Source of the DNA: Minutocellus sp. GHC0000111
Taxonomy: Eukaryota
Length of the DNA stretch: 64,000 nucleotides
Assembly (NCBI GenBank): GCA_977018835.1
Contig: OZ361260.1
Coordinates: forward strand, 310,001-374,000
Reading direction: 5' to 3'
The position numbers and the translations under genes were made by a program. This document shows positions 35,221 to 47,331 of this stretch, piece after piece. How positions within the stretch are numbered: the stretch's first letter is position 1; each line of letters starts with the position of its first letter. Under the pieces are notes generated by a model, which was not told the origin of the DNA, searched no databases, and saw nothing but the letters and a program-made list of their open reading frames with translations.

Positions 35221-36685
35221 CTAAAGAGAACCTTGATGCAGAATTCGACTGCCATGCTCCTCGTACTCCTCCCGTAGGACCCACATGTTCTTGAAAGTTG
35301 CCAAACTGGCCAAGATCGAGCCACCTGCCCACGCCGAGTTGATTCGTTCCGGTGGTGCCGAGATGCGTATCCGAGTATGAGGTGGGGCAAGAGCGCGCAC
35401 ATCCGAAAGCAACCGATCACCAAAGCCTGGGGTGAGCGTCGATCCACCAGCCAAAACAATGTGCGAGAACAGTGTCGGTCGAAGGTCAAGATCGGACTTC
35501 ATGATGGACTTGACCAAAACATCGGCAACGCCCATCTCCTCCGATCCTACGAGGGACGGGTCGAAAAGAACCTCCGGCGCACGGAATCGTTCCCTGGACA
35601 TGGACATGGACACGGTCTGACCATCAGGTAGCTGATACGTCGCGGCTGCTCCACTCTGACCCGAGCCCGAGGCAGCCTTTTCCGCTTCCTCCTCGGCCTT
35701 GGCTGGATCGGTGGCGACGTAGCAGGTCTCCTCCTTCATTTGCTTCACCAGCTCTGTTTCGGCAGTTGTTGTAAATGCCAACCCATTCCGTCTAAGGAGC
35801 AATTGCAAATGATCGGTAACATCCCTACCACCGACGTCACTTCGGGCAATGGAATGGGGCAACGCATATCCCTCGTACACGGGCACGCAATGCGTCAGGC
35901 CCTCACCAACATCCAGCACCACGCCAGTAGTGCGTCCACTGGCATACAGACTCAGGACCGACGGAGGGCTGAAGTAGACCGCCGGCGCGCGGTACGTCTC
36001 GAAGAAGATCTCCGCCGTCTGCTCCCGATTGGCCATGGGGTTGAGCGGCGCCTCGGTTAGGAGGACCGGATGTTCGTCCATCTTGGCATTGAGGCCGGCC
36101 TTGGAGTATGCCGCGTGCTCCCAAATGGCCTCCATGGCCGCCCACGATCCGGGAGTGTCCGTCACGGCACCCTTGGACATGGGATGGTCGAGGTAGAAGG
36201 CACCTCGGTGATCGTCGAGCTTTTGGCCGACGAAGATGGAGGAGGGGCCGCCGGCCTTTCTGGTCTTGCCCGCCGAGGCTCCACCAGATCCACCTCCGCC
36301 CTGCTCGTCTTGTTCCAAGGCACCGCCGGGCATGATGCGCATGTGCTTGGTCCGCCCTACCTTGGTCCCAATGACGACCTTTAGATGGATTGCATTTTTG
36401 ATTACAATTACGAAAGCACGCAAACATATGAAAAAATGAGGTGAGCGCATTGCGATTGCCATAGTTCGTTTGTGCTGGCTCTGGTGAAGCTTCCTTCCTT
36501 GTATTCCAGTTCAAGTCACAAAGAAATATCATATGCTAGACGCACGGGCATACCTTGGGCTTGGTGCCACCAGCGAAGCCGGCCCGGGTGGTGCCGGTGC
36601 CGGTATCAAGGACGATGGGCTGGTTGAGGAGGGCGGCCGCCGAAGATGAGGGGGCGGCGGCATCCTTGCCGCTCCTGTCGCTCAT
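35221..36685 (-). CDS. ARP1: Actin-related protein 1 (centractin, dynactin filament); exons 36685-36554, 36378-35221
   Basis: NQPIVLDTGTG..AGFAG; VGRTKHMRIMPGGALE; EHPVLLTEAPLNP; SLYASGRTTGVVLD; IRISAPPER; GGSILASLATFKNMW. Phase-0 GTATGC..AAAG intron. Confidence 0.9.
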
Positions 36686-36986
36686 GTTGCTTTCCGGAGT
36701 CGAAAGAAGAGAACCAGAACTGAGATGGAGAGAAGCTTGTAAGAGCAAGCAATCAACACGAGTGAGTCAAATTTGGCCGCAGCGAGCAGACAATGCAAAA
36801 CACCGGGGCCGTATCTGGTATCGGCACGAGATGTGTTGCTTTTTTGCGCTTTGATCAAAATTATGATTTTCGTCTGTCCGTCGTCGAAAGGTGTCTCCCT
36901 TTTCATCCCCCTCTAATCTTTTCACACTTATTTTTTGAGGAGGGGCCGGTCCAGTCCATTTTCTTTTCAGTCTGGCAAAGAGGACG

Positions 36987-38626
36987 ATGCAGTCCTCCAT
37001 CTCCAAGTACCGCATCACCAAGCGGGTGGGCGGCGGTTCCTTCGGTGATATCTACCTCGGCGTAGGGGCCAACGGGGAGAAGGTGCGTCGAGGTACCATT
37101 TCGCGCGGTCGGGTAGCAATAGCGGCGGCGACGAGAGGGCGAGTCCCCGGTCCACGTTAGCGAGCAAGGGAGAGCGGGCCACGCCCCCGTTTTCCTTTCG
37201 AAAATGCATAGTCGAAAAAAATTGGTCACGGTCCGAAGTCATCAATTATGCTGTCGGAGCCATGGTGGTTCCGACGGCGGCAGCGGAGGGAATTTCCATG
37301 CCTAGAGGCTTCTCTTTCGCTCAAAAGCCTCCTCAGTGGACCCGGGGAGCGTGGTGTATGGTCGGGACGGCGCCGGAGCGGGTATCTTGTGCCACAATCT
37401 CGCTGCGAACGAGACCTGCGCTCTCCTCCCACCACCCCGAATCGGAGTTACTTCGGCGGAGGTCTTGGTGGGAGAATGACTGCGTGGTGGATTCCATATC
37501 TTGCTGGGGCACGGTGGCGATTCGGCGGATGATCTCTGTGTTACTTTGAACGATGAGTTGTCCGCTTGGAATTCCGTGGAGAATCATGTTTTGCACATCT
37601 TGTGCAGTTTTCCGACCGTCGGGTTCGGTCGGGCCATGTCATTTCCCTCTTCGTGTGTCTGACTTTGTGTGCTCCGCTTTTTTGCTCCACTCCTTCTCCC
37701 CCCAACATTAGGTCGCTGTCAAATTCGAAAAACATGGCGCTCGCTGTCCGCAGCTCCGTCACGAGTACAAGGTGTACCGTGAGCTGCAGAATGCCCCGGG
37801 CTTCGCCAAGGTCCACTACTTTGGCACCCAGGATTCGTACAACCTCATGGTGATGGACCTTCTCGGCCCCTCCCTCGAGGATCAGTTCAACAAGTGCGGC
37901 CGACGATTATCCCTAAAGACGGTCCTCATGATCGCCGACCAGATGCTGGAGCGCGTCGAGCTGATGCACTCCCGCCATCTCATCCACCGTGATATCAAGC
38001 CCGCCAACTTCGTCACCGACGGAGGCCGCGGATCCGGCAACTTCATCTACTGCATCGACTTTGGTCTGTCCAAGCGGTACCGCCATCCCCGCACCCTCCA
38101 GCACATCCCCCAGCGCGAGGGCCGCTCCCTGACCGGTACCCCCCGTTATGCCTCCATCAACAACCATCTTGGCGTCGAGCAGTCCCGTCGTGACGACCTC
38201 GAGTCCATCGGCTACGTCCTCGTCTACTTCCTCAAGGGCGGCCTCCCATGGCAGGGCCTCAAGGCCAAGTCGGCCACCAAGAAGTACAAGCTCATCATGG
38301 AGAAGAAGCAGTCCATTACCATCCCCGCCCTCTGCCAGGGCTGCCCCTCCCAGTTTGCCGAGTACCTCGCCTACTGCCGCTCGCTCAAGTTCGAGGCCAA
38401 GCCCAACATCGCCTACCTCCGAGGCATGTTCCGCGACCTCTTCCGGTCGCAGGGCTACACCAACAACAACTCCTCCCTGGACTGGGACTGGAACCGCATC
38501 GATTCGGGCGGATCTGGATCCGGATCCGACGGCAGGGATCGGGCCGCCGTTCCCGCCGACCACGGCGGATACGCCGACCCCGCTGGCGGTGACTACCGTG
38601 GCGCCTCTCGCGGCGGACGGCGTTGA
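36987..38626 (+). CDS. CK1: Casein kinase 1; exons 36987-37082, 37712-38626
   Basis: GGGSFGDIYLG, VAVKFE, LLGPSLED, HRDIKPANF, DFGLSKRY, LTGTPRYASINNHLGVEQSRRDDLES, LPWQGLKA; 629-bp GTGCGT..TTAG intron. Confidence 0.97.
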
Positions 38627-39282
38627 AGAGGCTCGTGAATGAAGTGCTAGTAGGCGTTTCTTTTTGATTTTATCTCTTCGTGGCGAAATGAGACATTCGA
38701 TCTCATCTCGTTTGTTGGCTGGAAGGCAAGAGTGTTAAAAGAAGTAGGGCGAGATATCGCCGCAAAAAATTGGTTGATGGAAGGGCTATGAGATGATGAC
38801 CAACTGATTGCTTGGCATCATCATCGAGGTGGGGCTGCCATATGTATCTGTCGGCAGCCAAAGATGAAACATAACTTCGCTGGGACGAAGGGAGTGTCTC
38901 TAGTGTTATCTCGCCACGAAACGATGCGAGGGATAACAAAATTTGGGCCCGAGGTCAAAAGCGCTTTCTCGACAATATTTTGTTGCATTGCGCCCATGCC
39001 CAAGGTCCTCTTGTCATGTCATTTTGAAGGACTCACTTCAAACTTTACAAACAATCACAGTAAAACTATGTAGAAAAAACCGTCTATGCTGATGAATTTA
39101 CAATACTAGTACTGGTACTGTGCTCTCTCCTACTCGTATACGACTTGGTATGGTCCTAGCTAGCCATAGCTACGTAGGATGTGGGCTATGGAGGTTGTCC
39201 GTCACACGTCAAACGATAGACATCTTTCATAGCTACACCCCCGAACTCTTGGCATGCATGTACGTTGAATCCAGAGTCGAGT

Positions 39283-40008
39283 CTATTGCAACTGCTGTCC
39301 ACCCTGCTCCCTCTCTGCCTTTTCTCGCAGCATTTGCTCTTGAGCGGCAACAAATTCAGCCCACGGCGGGGAAACGCCCTGCGGCGGCCCCGCCAACAAG
39401 TATTCCGCACTATCCACTACCAAACCAAATGCCGAAGGTCCGCACTGGTACTGAGTGATCTTCCCCGCCATCCCAGCTGCACCCTGGTAAAACAGAACGT
39501 GCGGCAATCGGCTTGCCCCCAGACGCCGACACAGGTCCTCGTGCTCGGTGAACTCAATCTCGGCAAAGCGGATGGAGCCGGGTACCACCAGCTCTCCCGT
39601 GTTTGGATCGTACTTGTCCCCGTATGCGTTGGCCATCTTGCGCCACTTTGTACTGAATTGCTTACAGATTTGACACCAATTCGCACGGACAAAAATGACA
39701 CACAGCCGATCGTCGCGTGCAAAAAAGTCGAGAAAGTCCTGGGGTCCCTGGACGAAGGTGATGTCGTACTGCAAGTTCCGATAGGGGTCAGGGCCGACTC
39801 CATTGTTTTGGACCATGGAGAGGGCCGACGAGGAGGACGAGGAAAAGTGCAAGTCCAGTACCGGTTTGCTCGGACAGCAGTTGGCAGCATCGGGTGTGGC
39901 ACGAGTTGCGCTGGGGAGGCTCGGGAGAAATGCATCTGCTTCGTCGAAGCAAACGGCGAATATTATGGCAAGAGCTGCCGCCCCGTGCAAGAGAGAATAT
40001 CTTGGCAT
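39283..40008 (-). CDS. Plastid-targeted atypical thioredoxin-like protein (WCQIC)
   Basis: Signal peptide + ADA-FLP; FVRANWCQICKQF; LCRRLGASRLPHVLFY. Confidence 0.8.
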   Translation of the reverse strand: MPRYSLLHGAAALAIIFAVCFDEADAFLPSLPSATRATPDAANCCPSKPVLDLHFSSSSSSALSMVQNNGVGPDPYRNLQYDITFVQGPQDFLDFFARDDRLCVIFVRANWCQICKQFSTKWRKMANAYGDKYDPNTGELVVPGSIRFAEIEFTEHEDLCRRLGASRLPHVLFYQGAAGMAGKITQYQCGPSAFGLVVDSAEYLLAGPPQGVSPPWAEFVAAQEQMLREKAEREQGGQQLQ

Positions 40009-40250
40009 ATTATTGGCAGGGAACGTTGGTGAACAAGAGGCGCCTGGTCAGTAAATAATGGTGCAACCAGCAACGGTGGAACGGTATCTTGCGATTGCAT
40101 GCAACGTGGCGCGGACGAATTTTGCAGATTTGAATTTTTCGTCGATGCACGAGCCGTCTGTCCATCGTCCAGCAGCTGACCATTGCTGACCAAGCCGCTG
40201 CTGCGCTGCCACGAGTGCCGCTCATTTCTCAGCACGCAATACTCGTAACG

Positions 40251-42437
40251 ATGACGAAGACAAGACCAGCGAAGGCCGCCGTAGCTGCAGCCTCGGCGAT
40301 CCTATCGTTTCTCTTTCCAGAAGGCGCATGTGCATTTGTACCACATGCTATCAGTAGTGTTGGACTTTTCCAATCATGAGTCAATCCAGCTCTGATGACT
40401 ACGACCAACGATGACGTTGACGATGGAAACGAAGGCAGTGCTGCCGATTGGAGGGCATTCCGAGCCAAGCTGGTGCAGAATGGTCTGCCTTCTCTTACTA
40501 CGTCGGCCGATGATGAGGAAGAGAGCGAAGAGTCAAAGCAGCAGGACCACTACGCATATGAAACGACACCTCTGGTGGAAGTTGGCACCATCCTACTTTC
40601 GATCCCCACCACCGATCTCTGCCAGGCGCTCGAGCAGCAATATTGGCACCGGGCTGTCGTGCTGATAACAGCCGTGAGCGAAGACAAGATCAATGGAGAA
40701 GTTGAGGCAGTGCCCGAAGAACAACTGGCACAGGGTGCTGGGAGGGGCCGATGGTCGTACCGTGGCGTGCTGCTGAATCGGCCGACTGATCTGGTCTTTG
40801 ATGGTGCTACTGGCGAGCAGACGTGTGGGGAAAATGGCAAACGTGAGGATGGGTGGAATATACTTCGAGGTGGTGACTTAGCTGGGCTTGACTCCTTCGA
40901 TGGAGAGACCGAATTCCTCTGTGTTCATAATCTGCCTCCTGATGCCGATTTGGATTCCGCATCGAGCCCACTTGTTGGTAATTTATCAATGATATCACTT
41001 GATGACGCAAGGCGTCTTTGCGAAGATAATCCAACAAAGTATCGCCCTCGCAACTTTTTCACCTTTGGTGGATTCTGCTCATGGCGGCCGCAGCAACTCG
41101 AGAGAGAGATGGGCGACAATCGAGGCGAGTGGTTGGCATTATCGGTGGATTCCGAGTCTATATTGAATCAGATGACGATGCAATATGACGCATGTTTCAC
41201 TGAAACGAATCCTACTCATGGTCGATTGGAAGCGGGGACAACCACGTGGCGCAATTTCCTGGACTTGGCACAGCGATCGGAATCCCAAGCAACCGAGCGA
41301 CTACCTTCGGGACAGCTACAATTTTATGATGCTATGCTGAGAATTTGGGCAGAGGAAAATTTATCAGTAGACGGATCCAACGTTGGCGATGATGGTAGGC
41401 CTACCAACCAAGGCTCAAGCAGCAAGAGCGATGTAAAGCCAAAAGACAGTTCTGATCTCATTGGGCCAGGAACCCTTATTCGAGCAAGTACGCGGGTCCC
41501 CACCTCGGTGCTTCTATATGATCAAGAGTTCATACGATCACTGATTTTGGTCTTGGAAGAGACAGAAGATGCAACCATAGGGGTGGCGCTGGGTCTTCCG
41601 TTATCAGCGGCAGTGGAATGCGTAGAAGATGCCCCTCCCATGCTTTTAAGATACGGTGGGCCAATAGATGCATCGATGTGGAGAGATGGCACATATCTAG
41701 AAAATGGTGAAGACGACTTCGAAAGTGGATCTACTGAGGACGACGATGAAATGTATGAAGGGTTTCTCGACTTCCAAAGTGCCGAGGTGACCGTCGAATA
41801 CAGCGAAGGCGAAGATAGTGACACTGCCTACGTCTACTACGACGAAAACGGCAATGACGATGATGATTCTTCATTTGTTTGGATGCACAGAGATGATGCA
41901 CTTGGATCTCGAGGAGCTAGCAATGGTGGCGGGACTCCTCTCGGTAGTTCTGGTATCTACATGATAAAGGAGAGCGATGCGCTTGAAGCATTGCAATCTG
42001 GATTACTAAGTCAGAAGGACACGATGGTATTTCAAGGGGTCTGCATTTGGGAGAAGGCAGAAGATCTTGGCCAATGTGGAGGGGGGTTGCGAGAACAAAT
42101 CGATGCTTTGGATGCAATGGAAGTTGTTCAAGCGCACAACAATGAGAGTGACGACATTGTAGAATCCGTCTGGGACATCCTCTACCAAAAACAAGATGTA
42201 TTGGTCCAAGAAACGCTGGATGCAAATATAGCAGCTGGAATTGAGGCTTGGGAAGCTTGCAACGGCGAGACGGAGGGGGACGAAGAATTAAAGCAGGTCA
42301 CAGGAAAGACGGGGCTGTCTGATGCTGCCTTGAGAGCTTGGATTGGCGTGAACCTCCTCGGGAAACCTCTCGACACTCTCGTTGAGTTGAAGACGATCAG
42401 CAGCAGCAGCAGCAGCAGCAATCAGCAGAAGAATTAG
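40251..42437 (+). pseudogene. Plastid-targeted double DUF179/AlgH-like protein with in-frame TGA at 40377-40379
   Basis: ATG 40251 MTKTRPAKAAVAAASAILSFLFPEGACA-FVP in frame with ORF 40395-42437. DWRAFRAKLV, YWHRAVVLI..GVLLNRP, GFCSW..QLEREM, RSLILVL..YGGP. Confidence 0.75.
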
Positions 42438-42450
42438 ACATGGATTAATA

Positions 42451-42560
42451 TCACATGTAGATCTGTCGGTACATGTAGGAATTCTTGCTACATGTAAAGT
42501 ACATGTAGATATCCTAGATACTAGATCTATATGTAGATCTAGTACATGTACATGTATGTG
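42451..42560. repeat. Cluster of TACATGTA/AGATCT/CTAG palindromes
   Basis: Five TACATGTA (42470, 42489, 42500, 42543, 42549) plus CACATGTA and TATATGTA variants in ~110 bp. Confidence 0.85.
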
Positions 42561-42818
42561 TAGAGAAGATGATTCTTGACATCGGATCATCGATGTCCCC
42601 CCTTCTCCGCTCTGTACTGCATCGCACCTTCTGCTGCAGTTATGACGACCACAGCTTGTGCAGCAGCAGCAGCCATGGCCCTTTTGTAAAGAACTTGTTT
42701 CGTACGGTAATATTTTAGTATTACACGTATTGACCAGTGCCACTGCAAATGTAATCAATGTAAATATACTAGTACCCCAAGAGCTAGTATTTTGGTATAC
42801 GTTTCATCTAGCGAGACG

Positions 42819-44006
42819 CTACTTTGCTAGCTGCCGTGCCATCAAGGGTTCGCTCCCAAAAATCTCATTCCAGAGCTCAATCTCATCCGACGGAGTGCTT
42901 GCAGAATCTTTTCGTAACGATAGCAAGCATTTGTCGGAGTGAATATAAGAGAACAGGCTCCCGCCCTTCTTTGCACCCCGAAGCCATCGCTGCCCTTTTT
43001 CCACATTCAACTCGCTTGGTCTCAACTCATGGCTGTCAATAGCTAGAGATTTTAGCAAGGGAAACCATTTCAACAAGTCACGAAGTACCTCCCCTGGCCT
43101 CGTGACCAAATCATCGTAGTTGATCAAGAATCTATTGTCTTCTGGCACACTGTCTAGAATGTCGCGCAAATAAGACGAATACCTCAGTGTTGGAAATTTC
43201 GGATGCTGCCAATCCTTCCGACATGGGTGGCGCATCATCACCACGAAGCGATATTCCATCCCGTGTGCTTCGTAGTAGTCCACCATTTGTTTTGATTTCG
43301 CGATGTTTGGAGGCGCTTTATCCAGTCGTATCGGCTTATCCATGTCCGTCCATACCTTTAGACGCTCATAGGTCTCATATGCGGTGGTCCAATTCGTGGC
43401 CAGCGGGTCCCAACGAGTTTTCTTGCTTAAGACCCCCTCTTGGACCAATGTTGGAGTTGACTCGCACTGCCACGGGATGCGACCTTTGTGGTATGGGTCC
43501 TTACACATGTTTGTAACATGTGGCGAGCTCGATAGGATGTTTGATAACACCGACGAGCCAAAGAATGGCGGGGTCAGAATCGGCATAAATATCTTGTGAT
43601 CGGGTTGTCGTTCGATTGATGCCGAATCTGAAGCAGAGGAATTAACTCGATATACGGTTTCCAGAGGTTGACTTGTGCAATCTTTGCAATACAGAGCGTC
43701 GTCTTGGCTGGACGCATCGGCACAGGCAACAATATCGGATATCTTGGGGCAAGAGAGCGGCACTTTTTCATTCCCCAAGGAATCCTCAGCATCATCACGC
43801 ACCCTCCCCCTCTGTATTGCCTCCCCACGAGCTCTTTTCCTATTTCGTTTTTTCGTCTCGACAAGCCTTATCTTTTGTCCGTCATTGCCAGCAAAACGAT
43901 TGGTGGTCACCGAAAACTGAGACGCTTGCTTTATGGCTGGGAGAACGGAGATAAAGATGCAACCCGTGCCCACAAATACTGCAATCTTTACCCCCATTGA
44001 TCGCAT
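42819..44006 (-). CDS. Type II membrane sulfotransferase-like protein
   Basis: N-terminal anchor; ILTPPFFGSSVLSNILSSSP (5'PSB-like), LDKAPPN, FVVMMRHP (3'PB-like), INYDDLVTRP. Confidence 0.7.
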   Translation of the reverse strand: MRSMGVKIAVFVGTGCIFISVLPAIKQASQFSVTTNRFAGNDGQKIRLVETKKRNRKRARGEAIQRGRVRDDAEDSLGNEKVPLSCPKISDIVACADASSQDDALYCKDCTSQPLETVYRVNSSASDSASIERQPDHKIFMPILTPPFFGSSVLSNILSSSPHVTNMCKDPYHKGRIPWQCESTPTLVQEGVLSKKTRWDPLATNWTTAYETYERLKVWTDMDKPIRLDKAPPNIAKSKQMVDYYEAHGMEYRFVVMMRHPCRKDWQHPKFPTLRYSSYLRDILDSVPEDNRFLINYDDLVTRPGEVLRDLLKWFPLLKSLAIDSHELRPSELNVEKGQRWLRGAKKGGSLFSYIHSDKCLLSLRKDSASTPSDEIELWNEIFGSEPLMARQLAK

Positions 44007-44314
44007 TATTGTTCCTCCATTCAAGGCATAACGTTCGTTATGTTTCACTCGTATTATCGTCTTCTTTTGTTTGATGCGCTTTTTAGTGCTTGGAGCGAAC
44101 AGTTTTAGTGCTTTTTGAAAGTTCGAAAGTGATTGGCATGTGATGGCGCGATGGAAAAAGCAAACGCGCGCGTCACTGACTTGTCAACGCGTGCGGTGTG
44201 CCTGTGTGCCAACATAACAGATGCGTTTGATCATCACATGTCATGGCATGCCATCGGCGCCAGGCACAATAATCGATCGGTGCCAACGCAACGCAAACTT
44301 CACAATAACATTAC

Positions 44315-45477
44315 ATGATGCCCCTTGATAAGGTCCGAGAAGAGGAGGACCTAAGCGAGTCGTCGACAGTCGAGCTCAAGATGCCACCTTCTCCCACCAG
44401 CATGAGCGCATCGTCTCCCGACGATACCGAGAATGAAGCTGTTCCATCTCTTGAACCTACAGACTCGTGGGAGGATTCCAACGATGATGACAATGATAAT
44501 GGTGGAGTCCAAAACAAGGGAGATCAGCCACAAATCTCCTCGTCAACTCTGTCTCGTAAGCTCGACGGCTTTCTCATCTTTTGGAATGAGTGGTCCTCGT
44601 CTTCCCTCCGGACGGACCAAGGCCTCAAGCTGCTCCAATGGTCCTTCTGGGCTGCATCGCGACTTACAGCACCAGGCACACCAACTCCAGGATATCGGGA
44701 CAACTTCAACCGTCGGTATCTCAACCTCGAGCTTAGTCCGGCCCTTAGAAAGTGTTATGCCGATATGAGTTTGGTGCGGTATTGTCTGCGTCTGTATGGA
44801 CTACCCTCGTCGATTGAAGCTGTCCGGTCTGGGAGCTGGAGCGCCGGATGGGAGGATCCACGAATTCACAAGCTGGGCAAGATTATGGCGTGGAGTATGA
44901 CCCTATACTATCCTTTTGAGCACGTGGCCTTTACTGGGTGGGTCGTTCCAAAGTTCAGTCGACAATTTGTTGATGAAAACCGGTGGAGTGCAATCAGCTG
45001 TCGCTTCTGGTCCATTTATATCGTTAGTGACTTTGCCAGCAGCGTGCTGAAGCTAAAGGAATTGGCCAAAAGAAGAGAGAAAGTTGCAAGAGAGATCCAA
45101 TCTGGGAGTATTACTGAGAATGAGGTAAGTCGTAAAGGTCGATCCGGCTCGTTACCATCATTCATTTTCACTTGACTGATTTCCATTTGATTACATTCAT
45201 TTTTGTCCCTCACCCACTTCATCCCTTGTTGTACAATGCAAATAAATGTTTTTGTAATGGCACACAGGCCGAAACCAAACAGTCAGATATCGCAAAGCAA
45301 GCAAAACTTCAGAAGCTGCATTTGGCTCGTTGTTCTTTCTTTCTACTCCCTGCTATTAATTGGAGTCTACCGAAGTGGGCAACTGATCCACTTCTTCCCG
45401 AATCGATCGTCAATTCACTTATGCTGGCCGAAGCTGGGACATGCATTTACCAGAGCTTCTATACAATGAGAGGTTAG
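44315..45477 (+). CDS. PEX11: Peroxin PEX11-family protein; exons 44315-45124, 45268-45477
   Basis: DQGLKLLQWS, RYCLRLYGL, YYPFEHVAF, WSAISCRFW, LPAINWS; phase-0 GTAAGT..ACACAG intron. Confidence 0.75.
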
Positions 45478-45589
45478 ATCTACAAGTATCTAAAATAATC
45501 AAGCCTATTACGATATCTGCTCTGTTCGCTTACGTTTGGCATCAAACTTCCTGACGGAAGAATGACATTAAAATCTAAACACTCATACA

Positions 45590-47014
45590 TCATGTGAATT
45601 CATTGGGTGCGTTTGGCAAACAAACACTAAATTGTGGGTATGGCCGTTTAATGCAACATCCCGAGATGCATTCACAGGAACGCGAGCAGCTGTTCTCAGC
45701 ATTTGCACCTTCATTGGTGCCCATGTTCCTTTGCGTCGGATTGGTCGGGCAAGGCGGCGGTGGTGGGACCGGAGTGGGTGTGATAGGATTTGCAGGATCC
45801 TGACCGCTGTCATCGCCCCCATCGACACCACGGTTGACGAAAGAACACTTGAGACCGGTTGCGCGGCAGCCCTCCGCCTCTCCGGTGCTGCAGTCCAAGA
45901 TCACGTTGTTATCGAAATAATAAATAGGACCAGGGACTCCAGGCTGGCGCCGAATATTCTTGCATCCTAGATTCGAGATAGATTCCGTGCCAAAGCAGGT
46001 GTGTTCAATGGTAGTAGACGTGCTCTTTACACATGCAACCCACGCTTTCTGGGCGTTGAAAGATGAGACGTAATTGATGACTGAGTCATCGGTCACAGCC
46101 ACACCAGGAACGATATCGAATCCGACTGTGGGAATAAGTTCGTCGTCGATGGGCACGACCGGTTCAGTAGAGTTGTCACCACCGTTGGCATTAGTCGAGT
46201 TGCTATTGTCGCCACCATCGGTGCCAGTGTCGCCAGATTCAGTTCCAGATCCAGAAGTTTCATCTACAGGGATAGTGATGACATTGTATCCATTGTTGGA
46301 TTGATTCGGGTTGGTACACTTTCCAGCATTAGAGCTCACAATGGATGTAATGTCGGCTGCTTGGCACTCAAGCCCAATGGCACAACGGGTTGGGCCTGTA
46401 GTGCTGATGAGACAGGGCATACCAGCGGGTCGGGGATTGGGGTAGCATCCCATGAGAGGCTGGTACGTCTGGCCCTGCGGACATCTCTGAGTACGACGAT
46501 GGACACCGGCGACGACGTTGCTGCGAAGAGATCGGCGCGAGTCAACATTGACGGTGGTTGCTTCGATCGAAATTCCCTGGCTGATGGTTGCCAAGTCGGA
46601 GTGAGTGGCCTTGTCCTGCAGAGTTGGTGCGATGCCATCACTCTCATCCTGGGGTTGCGACACAGATGTGTCCTTGGCCAGTGAGGCAGCGGCAAACGCT
46701 GTCCCGAGATTGCTGAGAGCAAGAATGACCGTGAACGCTACAAGACCAATGAGGATGCGCTTCATGCTGAACAGCTGACGCTGCAGGGCGAGCTGCTGCT
46801 CCATGATCTTAAGGGCCTTTTGATTCGACAAATGCCCCTCGCCCTCTGTGTCGAGCTCTCTCAGTGCCCTCTCGGCCTCGTTGAGCACCCCGTCTCCGTC
46901 GACATCATACATTTTGGAAACCGCGCTCAATGTTCGAGGAGACATGCTCTTGCCATTTTCGGTCTCAGCGGCTGTGGACCCATCGGTGTTCTTGACCTTG
47001 CCAAACGTTGTCAT
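45590..47014 (-). CDS. EF-hand-like + TM type II membrane protein with RRSL motif and Cys-rich ectodomain
   Basis: YDVDGDGVLNEAE..LDTEGEGHLSN; TM ILIGLVAFTVILALSNLGTAFAAA; RRSLR; many Cys. Confidence 0.75.
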   Translation of the reverse strand: MTTFGKVKNTDGSTAAETENGKSMSPRTLSAVSKMYDVDGDGVLNEAERALRELDTEGEGHLSNQKALKIMEQQLALQRQLFSMKRILIGLVAFTVILALSNLGTAFAAASLAKDTSVSQPQDESDGIAPTLQDKATHSDLATISQGISIEATTVNVDSRRSLRSNVVAGVHRRTQRCPQGQTYQPLMGCYPNPRPAGMPCLISTTGPTRCAIGLECQAADITSIVSSNAGKCTNPNQSNNGYNVITIPVDETSGSGTESGDTGTDGGDNSNSTNANGGDNSTEPVVPIDDELIPTVGFDIVPGVAVTDDSVINYVSSFNAQKAWVACVKSTSTTIEHTCFGTESISNLGCKNIRRQPGVPGPIYYFDNNVILDCSTGEAEGCRATGLKCSFVNRGVDGGDDSGQDPANPITPTPVPPPPPCPTNPTQRNMGTNEGANAENSCSRSCECISGCCIKRPYPQFSVCLPNAPNEFT

Positions 47015-47331
47015 CGATGCAATTCTTCCTCAAAGAATGAAGTCAAATGCCGATCCGATCGGATGGAAAGGGCCAAAACTCCAAAACTGCACACAGAATG
47101 AACTGCGAAAGGCGAGGAGGCGAGGCGAGGCGCTCTTGTGCTGCTTCGATTCGATACTCTCAGCACTCGTACATGTACAGACTGACTCGACTCACTCGAC
47201 TCGACTCACTCGGCGGCTCTCATCTCCGAATCTTAGTCGCCGATCGCCAAGTTTCGAAGTTGCTTCAGCAATCTACGTAGCTAGACTCTAGCTAGCTAGT
47301 CTAGAGCTAGCAATCAATCAGCTCCCCAACC

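Noticed and set aside
37913..38563. Long antisense and alternate-frame ORFs (also 18340-19563, 33266-34006, 54429-55689)
   Set aside because: These are shadows of GC3-rich or repetitive sense genes with no independent motifs.
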